DNA of 64,000 nucleotides from Squalus acanthias (taxonomy: Eukaryota). Both the position numbers and the translations under genes were made by a program. The stretch covers positions 62,001-126,000 of the forward strand of contig JASTWF010000354.1 in assembly GCA_030390025.1 (NCBI GenBank), given 5' to 3'. The notes under the pieces were generated by a model. The model was not told the origin of the DNA. It saw only the letters and a list, made by a program, of their open reading frames with translations, and made no database searches. The stretch's first letter is position 1, and the number at the start of each line of letters is the position of its first letter. Shown piece after piece: positions 1-13,700 of this stretch.

Positions 1-3000
1 CACCCCCTCTACAGTACACACAGCCCCCTATACATTGCACACATCCCCCGATGAAATACACACAGCCCTTCTATACAATGCACACAGCCCATCTATACAA
101 TGCACACATCCCCCTATACAATGCACACAGCCTCCTATACAATGCACACATCCCCCTATATAATGCACACATCCTCCTATACAATGCACAGGGCCTACTA
201 TACAATGCACACAGCCCCCTATACAATGCACACACCCCCCTATATAATGCACATATCCTCCTATACAAAGCACAGAGCCTACTATACAATGCACACAGCC
301 CCCTATACAATGCACACAGCCTCCTATACAATGTACACATCTCCTATACAATGCACATAGCCTCCTATACAACGCACACATCCCCCTATACAATGCACAC
401 AACCTCATATACAATGCACACATCCTCCTGTACAATGCACACATCCTCCTATACAATGCACACATCCTTTTACACAATGCACACAGCCTCCTATACAATG
501 CACACATCCCCCTATACAATGCACACATCCCCCTATACAATGCACACATCCCCCTATACAATGCACACTGCCTCCTATACAATGCACATAGCCCTCTATG
601 CAATGCACACAGCCCTTCTATACAATGCACACATCCCCTATGCAATGCTCACGGCCCCCTATACAATGCATCCATCCCCCTATACAATGCACGCATCCCC
701 CTATACAATGCACTCACCACCTATACAATGCACACAGCCTCCTATACAATGCACACATCCCCCTATACAATACACAGAGCCTCCTGTACAATGCACAAAG
801 CCTCCTATACAATCCACACAGCCTCCTATTCAATGCACACATCCCCCTATACAATGCACACATCCTCCTATACAATGCAGACATCCCCTATACAATGCAC
901 ACATCCTCCTATACAATGCCATTAACCCTCTTATTCAATACATACAGCCCCTGAAACAAGGCACACATCATCCTTTGCAATGCAAACATCCCCTATACAA
1001 TGCACACAACCTCCTATACAATGCACCCCCTATACAATGCACACATTCCCCAATAGAATGCTCAAATCCTCCTATACAATGACATTAACCCTCTTATACA
1101 ATGCACACAGCCCCCTTTACAATGGGCACAGCCTCCTTTACAATGCAGACAGCCTCCAATACAATGCACACATCCTCCTATACAATGCACACATCCCCCT
1201 ATACAATACACATTTCCTCCAATACAATGTACACAGCCTCCTAAACAATGCACACATCATCCTATACAATGCAAACATCCCGTATACAATGCAAACATCC
1301 TCCTATACAATGCACACATCCGCAATGCAAGGCACACATCCTCCTATGCAACGCACACATCCTCCTATACAATGCTCACATCCTCCTATACAATACACAC
1401 ATCCTCCTATACAATGCACACATCCTCCTATACAATGCACACATGCTCCTACACACTGCACAGATCCTCCTACACAATGCACACAGCCCCCTATACAATG
1501 CACACATCTCCCATTACAATGCACACAGCCTTCTATACAATGTACACATCCCCCTGTACAATACACACAGCCCCCTATACATTGCACACACACCCCGATG
1601 AAATACACACAGCCGTTCTATACAATGCACACAGCCCTCGAATACAATGCACAGATCCCCCTATACAATGCACACAGCCCCCATACAATCAACAAATCCT
1701 CCTATACAATGCACACAGCCCCCTATACAATGCACACAGCCTCCTATACAATGCACAAATCCCCTATACAATGCACACATCCTCCTATACAATCCACACA
1801 TCCTCCTATACAATCCACACATCCCCCTATACAATGCACACAGCCTCCTGTACAATACACACAGCCTCCTATTCAATGCACTCATCCCCTATGCAATGCA
1901 CACAGCCTCTTAAACAATACAAACAGCCTCCTATACAATGCACACAACCCTCTATGCCATGCACACATCCCCCTATCCAATGCACACATCCCCCTATACA
2001 ATGCACACACCCCCCTATACAATGCACACAGCCTCCTGTACAATGCACACAGTCCCCTATACAATGCACAGAGCCTCCTTTACAATGCACACATCCTCCT
2101 ATATAATGCACACATCCTTCTATAGAATACACACAGCCTCCTATACAATGAACACATCCCCCTATACAATGCACACAGCATCCTATACAATGCACACAGC
2201 CCCCTATACAATGCACACATCCCCCTATACAATGCACACATCCCCCTATACAATGCACACAGGCTCCAATACAATGCACACATCCCCCTATACAATGCAC
2301 ACATCCCCCTATACAATGCGCACAGCCTCCTGTACAATTCACACAGCCCCCTATACAATGCACACAGCCCCCTATACAATGCACACAGCCCAACCATACA
2401 ATGCACACATCCCCTATACAATGCACACGGCTTCCTATACAATGCACAGATCCCATATTACAATGCACACCCCCCTCTACATTGCACACCTCCCCTATAC
2501 AATGCACAGAGCCTCCTATACAATGCACACAGCCCCCTATACAAAGCACACCACCCCTATACAATGCACACAGCCCCCTTTACAATGCACACAACACCCC
2601 ATACAATGCACACATCCCCGTATACAATGAACACATCCCCCTATACAATGAACACCGCCTCCTATACAATGAACACAACCCCTATACAATGCACACAGCC
2701 TCCTATACAATGCACACATCCTCCTATACAATGAACACCGCCTCCTATACAATGAACACAACCCCTATAGAATACACACAGCCTCCTATACAATGCACAC
2801 AACCCCCTATAAATGCACACAGCCTCCTATACAATGCGCACAGTCCCCTATACAATGCACACAGCGTCCTTTACATTGCACACATCCTCCTATATAATGC
2901 ACACAACCTTCTATAGAATGCACACAGCCTCCTATACAATGAACACATCCCCCTATACAATGCGCACAGCCTCCTATACAATGCACACAGCCCCCTATGC

Positions 3001-6000
3001 AATGCACACATCCCCCTATACAATGCACACATCCCCCTATACAATGCACACATCCCCCTATACAATGCACACAGGCTACAATACAATGCACACATCCCCC
3101 TATACAATGCACACATCCCCCTATACAATGCACAAAGCCTCCTGTACAATTCACACAGCCCCCTATACAAAGCACACAGCCTCCTATACAATGCACACCA
3201 CCCCTAAACAAGGACACATCCCCCTTTACAATGCACACAGCCCAACCATACAATGCACACATCCCCCTATACAATGCACTCATCCCCTATACAATGCACA
3301 CAGCCTCCTATACAATGCACACAGCCTCCTATACAATGCACACAGCCTCCTACAACACCTCCTATACAATGCACACATCCCCAATACAATGCACACATCC
3401 CCCTATACAATGCACACTTCCCCTATACAATGCACACACCCCCCTATACAATGTATACAGCCTCCTATGCAATGCACACAGCCTCCTATACAATGCACAC
3501 AGCCCCGTATACAATGCACACATCCCCAATACAATGCGCACTTCCCCTATACAATGCACACAGCCCCCTATACAATGCACTCATCCCCTATACAATGCAC
3601 ACAGCCTCCTATACAATGCACACAGCCTCCTATACAATGCACACAGCCTCCTATACGATGCACACATCCCCCTTTATAATGCACACATCGCCCTATAATA
3701 TGCAGAGCCTCCTATACAATGCACACATCCCCCTATGCAATGCACGCATCCTCCTATGCAATGCACAGTCTCCTTTACAATGCACACAGACCCCTATACA
3801 ACGCACACAGTCTACTATACAATGCACACATCCTCCCATATAATGCACACATCCTTCTATACAATGCACACAGCCTCCTATACAATGCACACATCCCCTA
3901 TACAATGCACACATCCCCTATACAATGCACACAACCCCCTATACAATGCACACATCCCCTATACAATACACACAGCCTCCTATACAATGCACACATTCCC
4001 CTATACAATGCACTCAGCCTCCTGTACAATTCACACAGCCCCCTATACAATGCACACATTCCCCTATACAATGCACACATCCCCCTATACAATGCCCACA
4101 GCCTATACAATGCACACGTCCCCTATAAAATGCACACATCCCCTATAAAATGCACCCCCCTATACAATGCACACATCCCCCTATACAATGCACATATCCC
4201 TTCTATACAATGCACACATTCCCCTATACAATGCACAGCCCCCTATACAATGCACACCGCCTCCTATACAATGCACACATCCCCCTATAGAATGCACACA
4301 TTCCCCTATACAATGCACACATTCACCTATAGAATTCACACATTCTCCTATACAATGCACACATCCTCCAATACAATGCACACATCCTCCTATACAATGC
4401 ACACATCCTCCTATACAATGCACACATCCCCCTATACAATGTGCACATCCCCTATACAATGCACAGCACCTCCTATACAATGCACACATCCCCCAATACA
4501 ATGCACACATCCCCCTATACAATGCGCACTTCCCCTATACAATGCACACATCCCCCTATACAATGCACACAGCCTCCTATGCAATGCACACAGCCTCCTA
4601 TACAATGCACAGCCCCGTATACAATGCACACAGCCCCGTATACAATGCGCACTTCCCCTATACAATGCACACAGCCCCCTATACAATGCAAACATCCCGC
4701 TTTAAAATGCACACATCCCCCTGTACAATGCACACATCCCCTATACAATGTACACAGGCTCCTATACATTGCACACAGCCCCTATACAATGCACACAGCC
4801 TCCTATACAATGCACACATCCCCTATACAATGTACACAGCCCCCTATACATTGCACACAGCCCCTATACAATGCACACATTTCCCTATACAATGCACACA
4901 GCCTCCTATACAATTCACACATCCTCTTATACAACGCACACAGCCTCCTATGCAATGCACACATCCACTGTACAATGCACGCAGCCACCTATACAATGCA
5001 CACAGCCTCCAATACAATGCACACATCCTCCTATACAATGCACACATTTCCCTATAAAATGCACAGAGCCTCCTATACAATCCCATTAACCCTCTTATGC
5101 AATGCATACATCCCCGTATTCAATGCACACAGCCCTTCTATACAATGAGCAGACCCCCGATACAATGCACACATCCCCCTATACAATGCACGCATTCCCC
5201 TATAGAATGCACACATACTCATATACAATGCCATTACTCCTCTTATACAATGCACACAGCCCCCTATATAAAGCACACATCCTCCTATACAATGCACACA
5301 TCCTCCAATACAATTCACACAGCCTCCTATACAAAGCACACATCCCCTATACAATGCGCACATCCTCATATACAAAGCACACAGCCACTATACAATGCAC
5401 ACATCCCCCTATGCAATGCACACATCTCCTATACAATGCACACATTCTCCTATACAATGCACACATCCTCCTATACAAAGCACACAGCCCCCTATACAAT
5501 GCACACGCCCCCTATACAATGCACACATCCCCCTATACAATGCACACATCCCCTATACAATGCTCACATCCCCTATACAATGCACACAGCCCCCTATACA
5601 ATGCACACATCCCCATACAATGCACACATCCTCCTATACAATACACACATCCTCAGACACAATGCACACATTCCCCTGTACAATGCACACATCCTCCAAT
5701 ACAATTCACACAGCCTCCTATACAATGTACACAGCCCCCTATACAACGCGCACATCCTCCTATACAAATCACACAGCCCCCTATACAAAGCACACAGCCC
5801 CCTATACAATGCACACATCCCCTATACAATGCTCACATCCCCTATACAATGCACACAGCCCCCTATACAATGCACACATCCCCATACAATGCACACATCC
5901 TCCTATACAATACACACATCCTCAGACACAATGCACACATTCCCCTGTACAATGCACACATCCTCCTATACAATGCACACATCCTCCAATACAATTCACA

Positions 6001-7075
6001 CAGCCTCCTATACAATGTACACAGCCCCCTATACAACGCGCACATCCTCCTATACAAATCACACAGCCCCCTATACAAAGCACACAGCCCCCTATACAAT
6101 GCACAGAGCCTCCTATACAATGCACACATTCTCCTATACAATGCACATAGCCCCCTATACAATGCACACAGCCTCCAATACAATGCACACATCTTCCATA
6201 CAATGCACACATCCTCCTATACAATGCACACATCCTCCTATACAATGCACACATCTTCCATAGAATGCACACATCCTCCTATACAATGCACACATTCCCT
6301 ATAGAATGCACAGAGCCTCCTATACAAGCCCATTAAACCTCTTATACAAAGCATACATCCCCCTATTCAATGCACACAGCCCTTCTATACAATGCACACC
6401 ACCCCCACCCCCGATACAATGCACACATTCCCCTATAGCATGCACACATCCTCCTATACAATTCCATTAACCCTCTTATACAATGCACACAGCCCCCCAT
6501 ATAAAGCACACTTCCTCAGACACAAGGCACACATCCCCTATACAATGCGCACATCCTCATATACAAAGCACATAGCCCCTATACAATGCACACATCCCCC
6601 TATGCAATGCACTCATCCCCTATACAATGCACACATTCTCCTATACAATGTGCACATCCTCCTACACAAAGCACACAGCCCCGTATACAATGCACACATC
6701 TCCCTATACAATGCACGCATCCCCTATACAATGCACGCATCCCCTACACAATGCACACATCTTCCTTTAAAATGCACACATCCTCCTATACAATGCACAC
6801 ATCCTCAGACACAATGCACACATTCCCCTGTACAATGCACACATCCTCCAATACAATGCACACATCCCCTATACAATGCACACATTCTCCTATACAATGC
6901 GCACATCCTCCTATAAAAAGCACACAGCCCAATATACAATGCACACAGCCCCCTATACAATGCACACAGCCCCCTATACAATGCACACAGCCCCCTATAC
7001 AATGCACACAGCCCCCTATACAATGCACACAGCCTCCTATACAATGCACACAGCCTCCTATATAATGCATCTAAC
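1..7075. repeat. 21-bp satellite array, consensus CTATACAATGCACACA(G/T)CC(T/C)C, about 335 degenerate copies, open at the window start
   Basis: Directly visible tandem monomer with 20-bp variants; 7-aa periodic ORFs (YTMHTAS / PIQCTHP / LYNAHIL) in all frames. Confidence 0.97.
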
Positions 7076-7077
7076 CC

Positions 7078-7915
7078 TCTAATACAAACATCCAGAACTG
7101 GATGAGCAGAAATGTCCTTGAACTAAATTTTGGGAAGACCAAAGCCATTGTCTTCGGTCCCGCCACAAACTCCGTTCCCAAGCCACCGACTCCATCCCTC
7201 TCCCTGGCAACTGTCTGAGGTTGAACGAGGCTGTTGGTGACCTTGGTTTTATATCTAACCCTGAGCTGAGCTTCCGACCCCACATCCTCTCCAGCTCCAA
7301 GACCGCCTGCTTCCACCTCCACAACATCGCCCGTCTCCGCCCCGCCTCAGCTCATCTGCTGCTGAAACCCTCATCCCTGCCTTTGTTACCTCCAGACTCG
7401 ACTATTCCAATACTCTCCTGGCCGGCCTCCCATCTTCCACCCTACATAACCTTAAGCTCATCCAAAACTCGCACCAAGTCCCATTCACCCATCACCCCTG
7501 TGCTCGCTGACCTACATTGACTCCTTTTAAAATTCTCATCCTTGTTTTCAAATCCCTCCATGGCCTCGCCCCTCCCTATCTCTGTAACCTCCTCCAGCCC
7601 TACAACCCTCCGAGATCTCTGCTCTCCTCCAATTCTGGCCTCTTGTCCATCCCTGATTTTAATCACTCCACCATTGGCGGCCGTGCCTTCAGCTGCCGGG
7701 GCCCTAAGCTCTGGAATTCCCTCCCTAAACCTCTCCGCCTCTCTCTCCTCCTTTAAGACACTCCTTAAAACCTCCCTCTTTGACCCAGCTTTTGGTCACC
7801 TGTCCTAATATCTCCTTATGTGTCTCGGTGTCACTTTGTCTGATTTACGCTCCTGTGAAGCACCTTGGGAGGTTTCACTGGTTCCAGGCGCTATATAAAT
7901 GCAGGTTGTTGTTGT
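7078..7915 (+). mobile_element. L2-clade LINE 3' fragment (end of ORF2 plus 3'UTR), 5'-truncated and decayed
   Basis: Translates to IQNWMSRNVLELNFGKTKAIVFG...FHLHNIARLRP and FKILILVFKSLHGLAPPYL...GGRAFSCRGPKLWNSLP, typical of the L2 ORF2 C-terminus; ends GCGCTATATAAATGCAG(GTT)n. Confidence 0.88.
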
Positions 7916-8100
7916 ACAATGCGAGCATTCATGCTCTAGAATGCACACACCCCTCCTATACAATTCACACCTCTCTATACAATGCCTGCAATCCTCAGAT
8001 ACAATGCACAGAAGCCTCTTCTCCAATGGACCATTGCTGCTGTAGAATGCACACAGAATCTTCCTCTCCAATTCTCCAGCCCTCCTGTACAATACACACA
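7916..8100. repeat. Highly degenerate continuation of the 21-bp satellite beyond the L2 insertion
   Basis: Motifs such as cctcctatacaattcacac, tacaatgcacaga and cctcctgtacaatacacaca. Confidence 0.75.
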
Positions 8101-8312
8101 GGAACCTGTCTGATCCCCGGGACAAGCCGCCAATCGCTGCTGGAAACAGCAAGGTGATCCCGGGAGATCCCGGGACAGAGTCTGACTCACTCTGGGGGAG
8201 ATCAGCGAGCTCCGGACGGGGCGAGATCCCGGAGCCAGCTCCGCATTGCTCAGCAACAAGTCCAGGAGCCTCTTCAATGGCATTGGAGGAGTTTAGCCCA
8301 GAATCCGCACTC

Positions 8313-8852
8313 AGGGGAGGGAGAGAGAGGGAGTGAGAGGGAGAGAGAGAGAGAGAGAGGGAGAGAGAGAGAGGGAAAGACAGAGAGAGATAGGGAAAGG
8401 GAGAGGGGGAAGAGCGAAGTAGAGATGGAGATGGAGAGAGGGAGGGAAAGAGAGCGGGGGAAAGAGAGAGGGAGGAAGAGGGGAGAGAGAGAGGGACAGA
8501 GGGAGAGAGAGATAGAGAGAATGAGGGAGACAGAGAGGGGGGAGAGGGAGACAGAGAGGGGGGGAGGGAGATAGAGGGAGAGAGAGAGGGAAAGAGAGAG
8601 AGAGAGAGGGAAAGAGCGAGAGAGAGAGGAAAAGAGAGAGAGGGAGAGAGAGAGGGAAAGCGATAGAGAGGGGGAAAGAGAGAGAGAAGGAGAGAGAGAG
8701 AAAGATAGGGAGAGGGAGATTGAGGGAGAGGGAGAGGGGTAAGAGAGAGAAGTGAGGAAAGGGAATGAGAAACAGAAAACGAGAAATTGATTGGAAGAGA
8801 GAGAGAAAGGGAAAGAGGAATAGAGAGAGAGAGAGAGAGGAACAGAGAGCGA
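8313..8852. repeat. GA-rich, nearly homopurine low-complexity tract (about 540 bp)
   Basis: (GA)n/GGGA mixtures with very few pyrimidines on the + strand. Confidence 0.95.
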
Positions 8853-9237
8853 GCAATAGGCGGGGAGGCGGCCCGGAGCCGGAGACTCTCAGAGAGAAAA
8901 ATTAAATCTGGATCCAGGAGCTCAGACTGGGAACCTCGCCCCAGCTCAGCATTCCGCGCGGTCCTGAAGCCCGCCCAAAACAAATTTCCAAATCCTTCAA
9001 CACTCGTCTGCCCCAATCAACATGAATCGGATATTCAGCACGGTTTTGGGTTGTGAAAAATGTTCTGCGGTTATTTATACATAAAACCCGTATGAAATGC
9101 GGTAATTACAGTTTTAATAATATGGGTGAGGGGAGGTGAGAGTCCAGGGCGGGGGTCAGATGTCTGCACTGCTTCAGGGATCTGTCCTGTTGCTGTTCAC
9201 AATCTTCCCGGGACAGCTGACTAATGTCCCATCTGTA

Positions 9238-9348
9238 CAGGGCTCTGGGGAAAGAGCAGGGAGTGGGACTGATTGGACAGCTCTTTCCAAGAGCCAGCAT
9301 GGGCACGATGGACTGAATGGCCTCCTCCTGTGCTGTGAGATTCTATGG
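9238..9348 (+). mobile_element. CR1 LINE extreme 3' end
   Basis: agggctctggggaaagagcagggagtgg...gaatggcctcctcctgtgctgtgagattctatg matches the CR1 3' ends at 38860-38976 and, as reverse complement, 27364-27480. Confidence 0.8.
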
Positions 9349-9933
9349 AAGGATTAAACACATAAACCTTGGGGTGAGGGCTTCTTGGACCCCTCGTGCC
9401 TGCAGCATTTAACTCGAGAAATGAAGGCAAGTCCGGCAGCTTTAAGAGAGACGCAGAGGGAGGCCGTTCAGCCCATCCAGCCCCACCTTTCCAAGAAATC
9501 CTACAAATCCCCCAGCCCCGCCTGTGACAGCCTCCCACTGACCCTTGTGAATGGCCCAGAGGTTTCAAACCCACTCCCCTGCCCCCAGCCCATTTCACAT
9601 ATTGGTCCCTCTCGGTGTGAAGTGTCTCCTGACACCAGCCCTGAACCTGCCTTTTCCCAGTCTGGACCTGTGTCTCCTTGTCCTGCAATCATGTATGGGG
9701 TGCGGTAGCATAGTGGTCATGTTCCTGGACTAGTAATCCAGAGGCCTGGACTAATGAGCCGATGAAATGAGTTCAAATCTCACCACGAGAGCTGGGGAAT
9801 TTAAATTCAGTTATTTAAATCTGGAATAAAAAGCTAGTATCAGTAATGGTGACCATGGAACTACCAGAATGTTGTAAACAAAACTTCTCTGGGGAAGGAA
9901 ATCTGCTGTTCTTACCCAGTCTGGCCGATATGT

Positions 9934-10156
9934 TGCGGAGATGCCGGTGTTGGACTGGGGTGGACAAAAATGAGAAGTCGCACATCACCAGGTTATAGTC
10001 CAACAGTTTTATTTAAAATTACAAGCTTTCGGTGCTGTTGCCCCTTCGTCAGGTAAATGTACCTTTACCTGAGGAAGGGGTAACAGCTCCGAAAGCTCGT
10101 AATTTTAAATAAATCTGTTGGACTATAACCTGGTGTTGTGCGACTTCTCATTTTTG
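9934..10156. mobile_element. Penelope-like element remnant: inverted pLTR pair (about 93-bp arms) with a 10-bp TSD
   Basis: Arms 9965-10057 and 10064-10156 are near-perfect reverse complements; flanked by gccgatatgt (9924-9933) and gccgctatgt (10157-10166); each arm carries a CTGANGA...GAAA motif. Confidence 0.75.
10069..10098 (+). ncRNA. Putative minimal hammerhead ribozyme core (mirror copy on the - strand at 10023-10052)
   Basis: CUGAGGA-A-GGGGU-AACA-GCUCC-GAAA-GCUC: conserved core, 5-bp stem II and palindromic AGCU in place of stem III, as in Penelope-associated dimeric hammerheads. Confidence 0.55.
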
Positions 10157-10384
10157 GCCGCTATGTGACTCCAAACCCACAGCAATGTGGTTGCCTCTGA
10201 ACTGGTGGCTCACCAACACCTTCTCAGGGCAAATAAGGATGAGCAATAAATGCTGGCCCAGCCTGTGACACCCACATCCCATGAAATGAATAAAAAAAAG
10301 TCACTGTTTAACTTTAAATGGGGGATTAACCACAGTATCAAATCATTCATCCCCAGAGATAAAAAAGATACAGAGAAACATTTT

Positions 10385-10750
10385 TCAAGTCTTTCTCCAT
10401 GTTTGTTTTCCCTCAAAACAGGCAGCATCCGAGTGAATCTGTGCTGTTGCCTCTCTGACGCCTCAATATCCTCCCTATAGTGTGGAGCCCAATACTGCAC
10501 ACAGCGCTCGAACTGAGAGATTATTGAGGTTTTACATGATCTCATCATTACCTCTTGGCTTTTACATTCTATAACTCGAGATAAAACCTCGAATCCCATT
10601 AACATTTCTCAAAGCCTTATCCCCCTGATGTGCACCCCCAGCCCCGAGCCCACTCCCATTTACAGTATAATCACTGCTGTTGTTAATTTAACCAAAATTT
10701 ATCACCTCACACTGACTGACATTAAATTCCATCTGACCCTGTCAAGCCCA
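10385..10750 (-). mobile_element. Degraded CR1 ORF2 (RT C-terminal) fragment
   Basis: IECKSQEVMMRSCKTSIISQFERCVQYWAPHYREDIEASERQQHRFTRMLP resembles the intact CR1 motif LEYCVQFWSP...RFTRMLP elsewhere in the window; QMEFNVSQCEVINFG at 10690-10735. Confidence 0.85.
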
Positions 10751-13700
10751 TTATCTATCCCATAATATCCCTCTGCCCCTGTCCAGCCCATTCCCCATCC
10801 CATAATATCCCTCTGACCCTGTCCAGCCCATTCCGCATCCCATAATATCCCCCTGCCCCTGTCCAGCCCATTTCCCATCCCATAATATCCCTCTGCCCCT
10901 ATCCAGCCCATTCCCCATCCCATAATATTCCTCTGCCCCTGTCCAGCCCATTCTGCATCCCATAATATCCCCCTGCCCCTATCCAGCCCATTCCCCATCC
11001 CATAATATCCCTTTGCCCCTATCCAGCCCATTCCCCATCCCATATTATCCCTCTGCCCTTGTCCAGCCCATTCCCCATCCCATAATATCCCTCTGTCCCT
11101 GTCCAGCCCATTCACCATCCCATAATAAGCCCCGGCCCCGTCCAGCCCATTCCCCATCCCATAATATCCCTGAGCCCTTATCCGCCCATTCCCCATCCCA
11201 TAATATCCCTGAGCCCTTATCCGCCCATTCCACATCCCATAATATTCCGCTGTCGCTGTCCAGCACATTCCCCATCCCATAATATCCCTGTCCCTTTCAA
11301 GCCCATTCCCCATCCCATAATATCACTCTGCCCTTGTCCAGACCATTCCCCATCCCATAATATGACTCTGCCCCTCTCCAGCCCATTCCCCATCCCATAA
11401 TATTCCGCTCTCGCTGTCCAGCACATTCCCCATCCCATAATATTCCTCTGCCCCTTTCCAGCCCATTCCCCATCCCATAATATCCCTCTGCCACTGTCCA
11501 GCCCATTCCCCATCCCATAATATCCCTCTGTCCCTGTCCAGCCTTTTCCCCATCCCATAATATTCCTCTGCCCTGTCCAACCCATTCCCTATCCCATAAT
11601 ATCTCTCTGTCCCTGTCCAACCCATTCCCCATCCCATAATATTCCTCTGCCCTGTCCAACCCATTCCCCATCCCATAATATCTCTCTGTCCCTGTCCAGC
11701 CCATTCCCCATTCCATAATATCCCTCCGCCCCTAACCAGCACATTTCCTAGCCCATAATATCCCCTTGCCCATGCCCCACCCATTCCCATCCCATAATAT
11801 CCCTCTGCCCCTGTCCAGCACATTCCCCATCCCATAATATCCCTCTGCCCCATCCAGGCCATTCCCCATCCCATAATATCCCTCTGCCCTTGTCCAACCC
11901 ATTCCCCATCCCATAATATCTCTCTGTCCCTGTCCAGCCCATTCCCCATCCCATAATATCCCTCTGTCCCTTTACAGCCCATTGCCCATCCCATAATATT
12001 CCTCTGCCCCTTTCCAGCCCATTCCCCATCCCATAATATCCCTCTGCCCCTGTTCAGCCCATTCCCCATCCCAAAATATCCCTCTGTCCCTGCCCAGCCC
12101 ATTCCCCATCCCATATTGGGCCAAAAATTGATCCCGCTGCGCGAGAGTACGCACTGCGTACTCTCGTGTATTCTCTCTCCAATTGCCGGTTTTCTGCATG
12201 CCCTGCGCATGCGCTGAAAACCGGCACTTGGTCTTTGGAAAAGGGGGCGGTTCCTCGGTGCATCGCCTGCGCGCTACAGGCTGCGCGCACGCTGTGCACT
12301 TCGTGCTTTGGACGCGCAGGTAAGGACGGAAGATTTTAGAAATGGAAAAAGGAGTAAGACCCACTTTTAACAAGGTAAGTAGTGAATTAAGTATTTTTTT
12401 GAATTTTTTTTAACAGGTATATCTTTTTTAGAGACTTTAAAGACAGGTAAGTTTATTTTTATAACATTTTAAAAGATTTTAAATTTTTTCAAAAATTTAA
12501 TTTTTTATTTAAAATGGTTAATTTATTTAACTATACTTATTTTATTAATGTGATGGTTTTTTTTTAAATTTAACTGAGGTTTAGCTGTTATTTTGGGGGT
12601 GTATAAGATTCATAGCTTTCACAGCACGTATGTGAAACTTATGAATGGAAGATGGTGTGCTGCCATTGGCTCTAACTGAGTCACGTGATCCCACAGCTCG
12701 CACGAATTCACTACGCCGGTGGGATACGCAAGCCCAGCACAGCTGATGTCTGGAACATCAAGTTCGTGCGAGCTGGATCTGAAAAAGCCAACGCGGAGTG
12801 AGAGATCGCGCCTGCTCCTTACCCCCGCAGGAACAGAGCGAGATCAATTTCGGGGCCATTATCCCTCTGTCCCTGCCCAGCCCTTTCCCCATCCCATAAT
12901 ATTCCTCTGCCCTGTCCAACCCATTCCCCATCCCATAATATCCCTCTGCCCCTAACCAGCCCATTCCCCATCCCATAATATCCCTCTGCCCCTGTCCAGC
13001 CCATTTCCTAGCTCATATCCCTCTGCCCCTAACCAGCCCATTCCCCATCCCATATTATTCCTCTGTCCCTGCCCAGCCCTTTCCCCATCCCATAATATTC
13101 CTCTGCCCTGTCCAAACCATTCCCCATCCCATAATATCTCTCTGTCCCTGTCCAGCCCATTCCCCATCCCATAATATCTCTGTCCATGCCCCGCCCATTC
13201 CCCATCCCATAATATCCCTCTGCCCCTGCCCAGCCCATTTCCCATCCCATAATATCCCTCTGTCCCTGTCCAGCACATTCCCCATCCCATAATATCCCTC
13301 TGCACCATCCAGCCCATTCCCCATCCCATAATATCCCTCTGCCCCATCCAGCCCATTCCCCATCCCATAATATCCCTCTGTCCCTGTCCAGCCCATTCCC
13401 CATCCCATAATATCCCTCTGCCCCTGTCCAACCCATTCCACATCCCATAATATCCCCCTGCCCCTGTCCAGCACATTCCCCATCCCATAATATCCCTCTG
13501 CCCCAATCCAACCCATTCCCCATCACATAATATCTATCTGCCCCTGTCCAGCCCATTCCCCATCCCATAATATCCTTCTGCCCCGATCCAACCCATTCCC
13601 CATCCCATAATATCACTCTGCCATTGTCCAGCCCATTCCCCATCCCATAATATTCCTCTGCCCCTGTCTAGCCTATTCCCCATCCCATAATATTCCTCTG

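Larger units (their letters stand above)
9695..10299 (+). mobile_element. tRNA-derived SINE with A-rich tail, interrupted at 9934-10156
   Basis: A-box-like tagcatagtgg (about 9706), B-box-like gagttcaaatct (9769-9780), tail cccacatcccatgaaatgaataaaaaaaa; the body resumes after the insert. Confidence 0.7.

Noticed and set aside
28..7082. Many overlapping ORFs up to 400 aa
   Set aside because: Read-through of a stop-poor 21-bp monomer in all frames; indels switch frames freely.
7805..9016. 403-aa Ser/Leu/Pro-rich ORF
   Set aside because: Translation of the (CT)n strand of the GA tract, running into L2 sequence.
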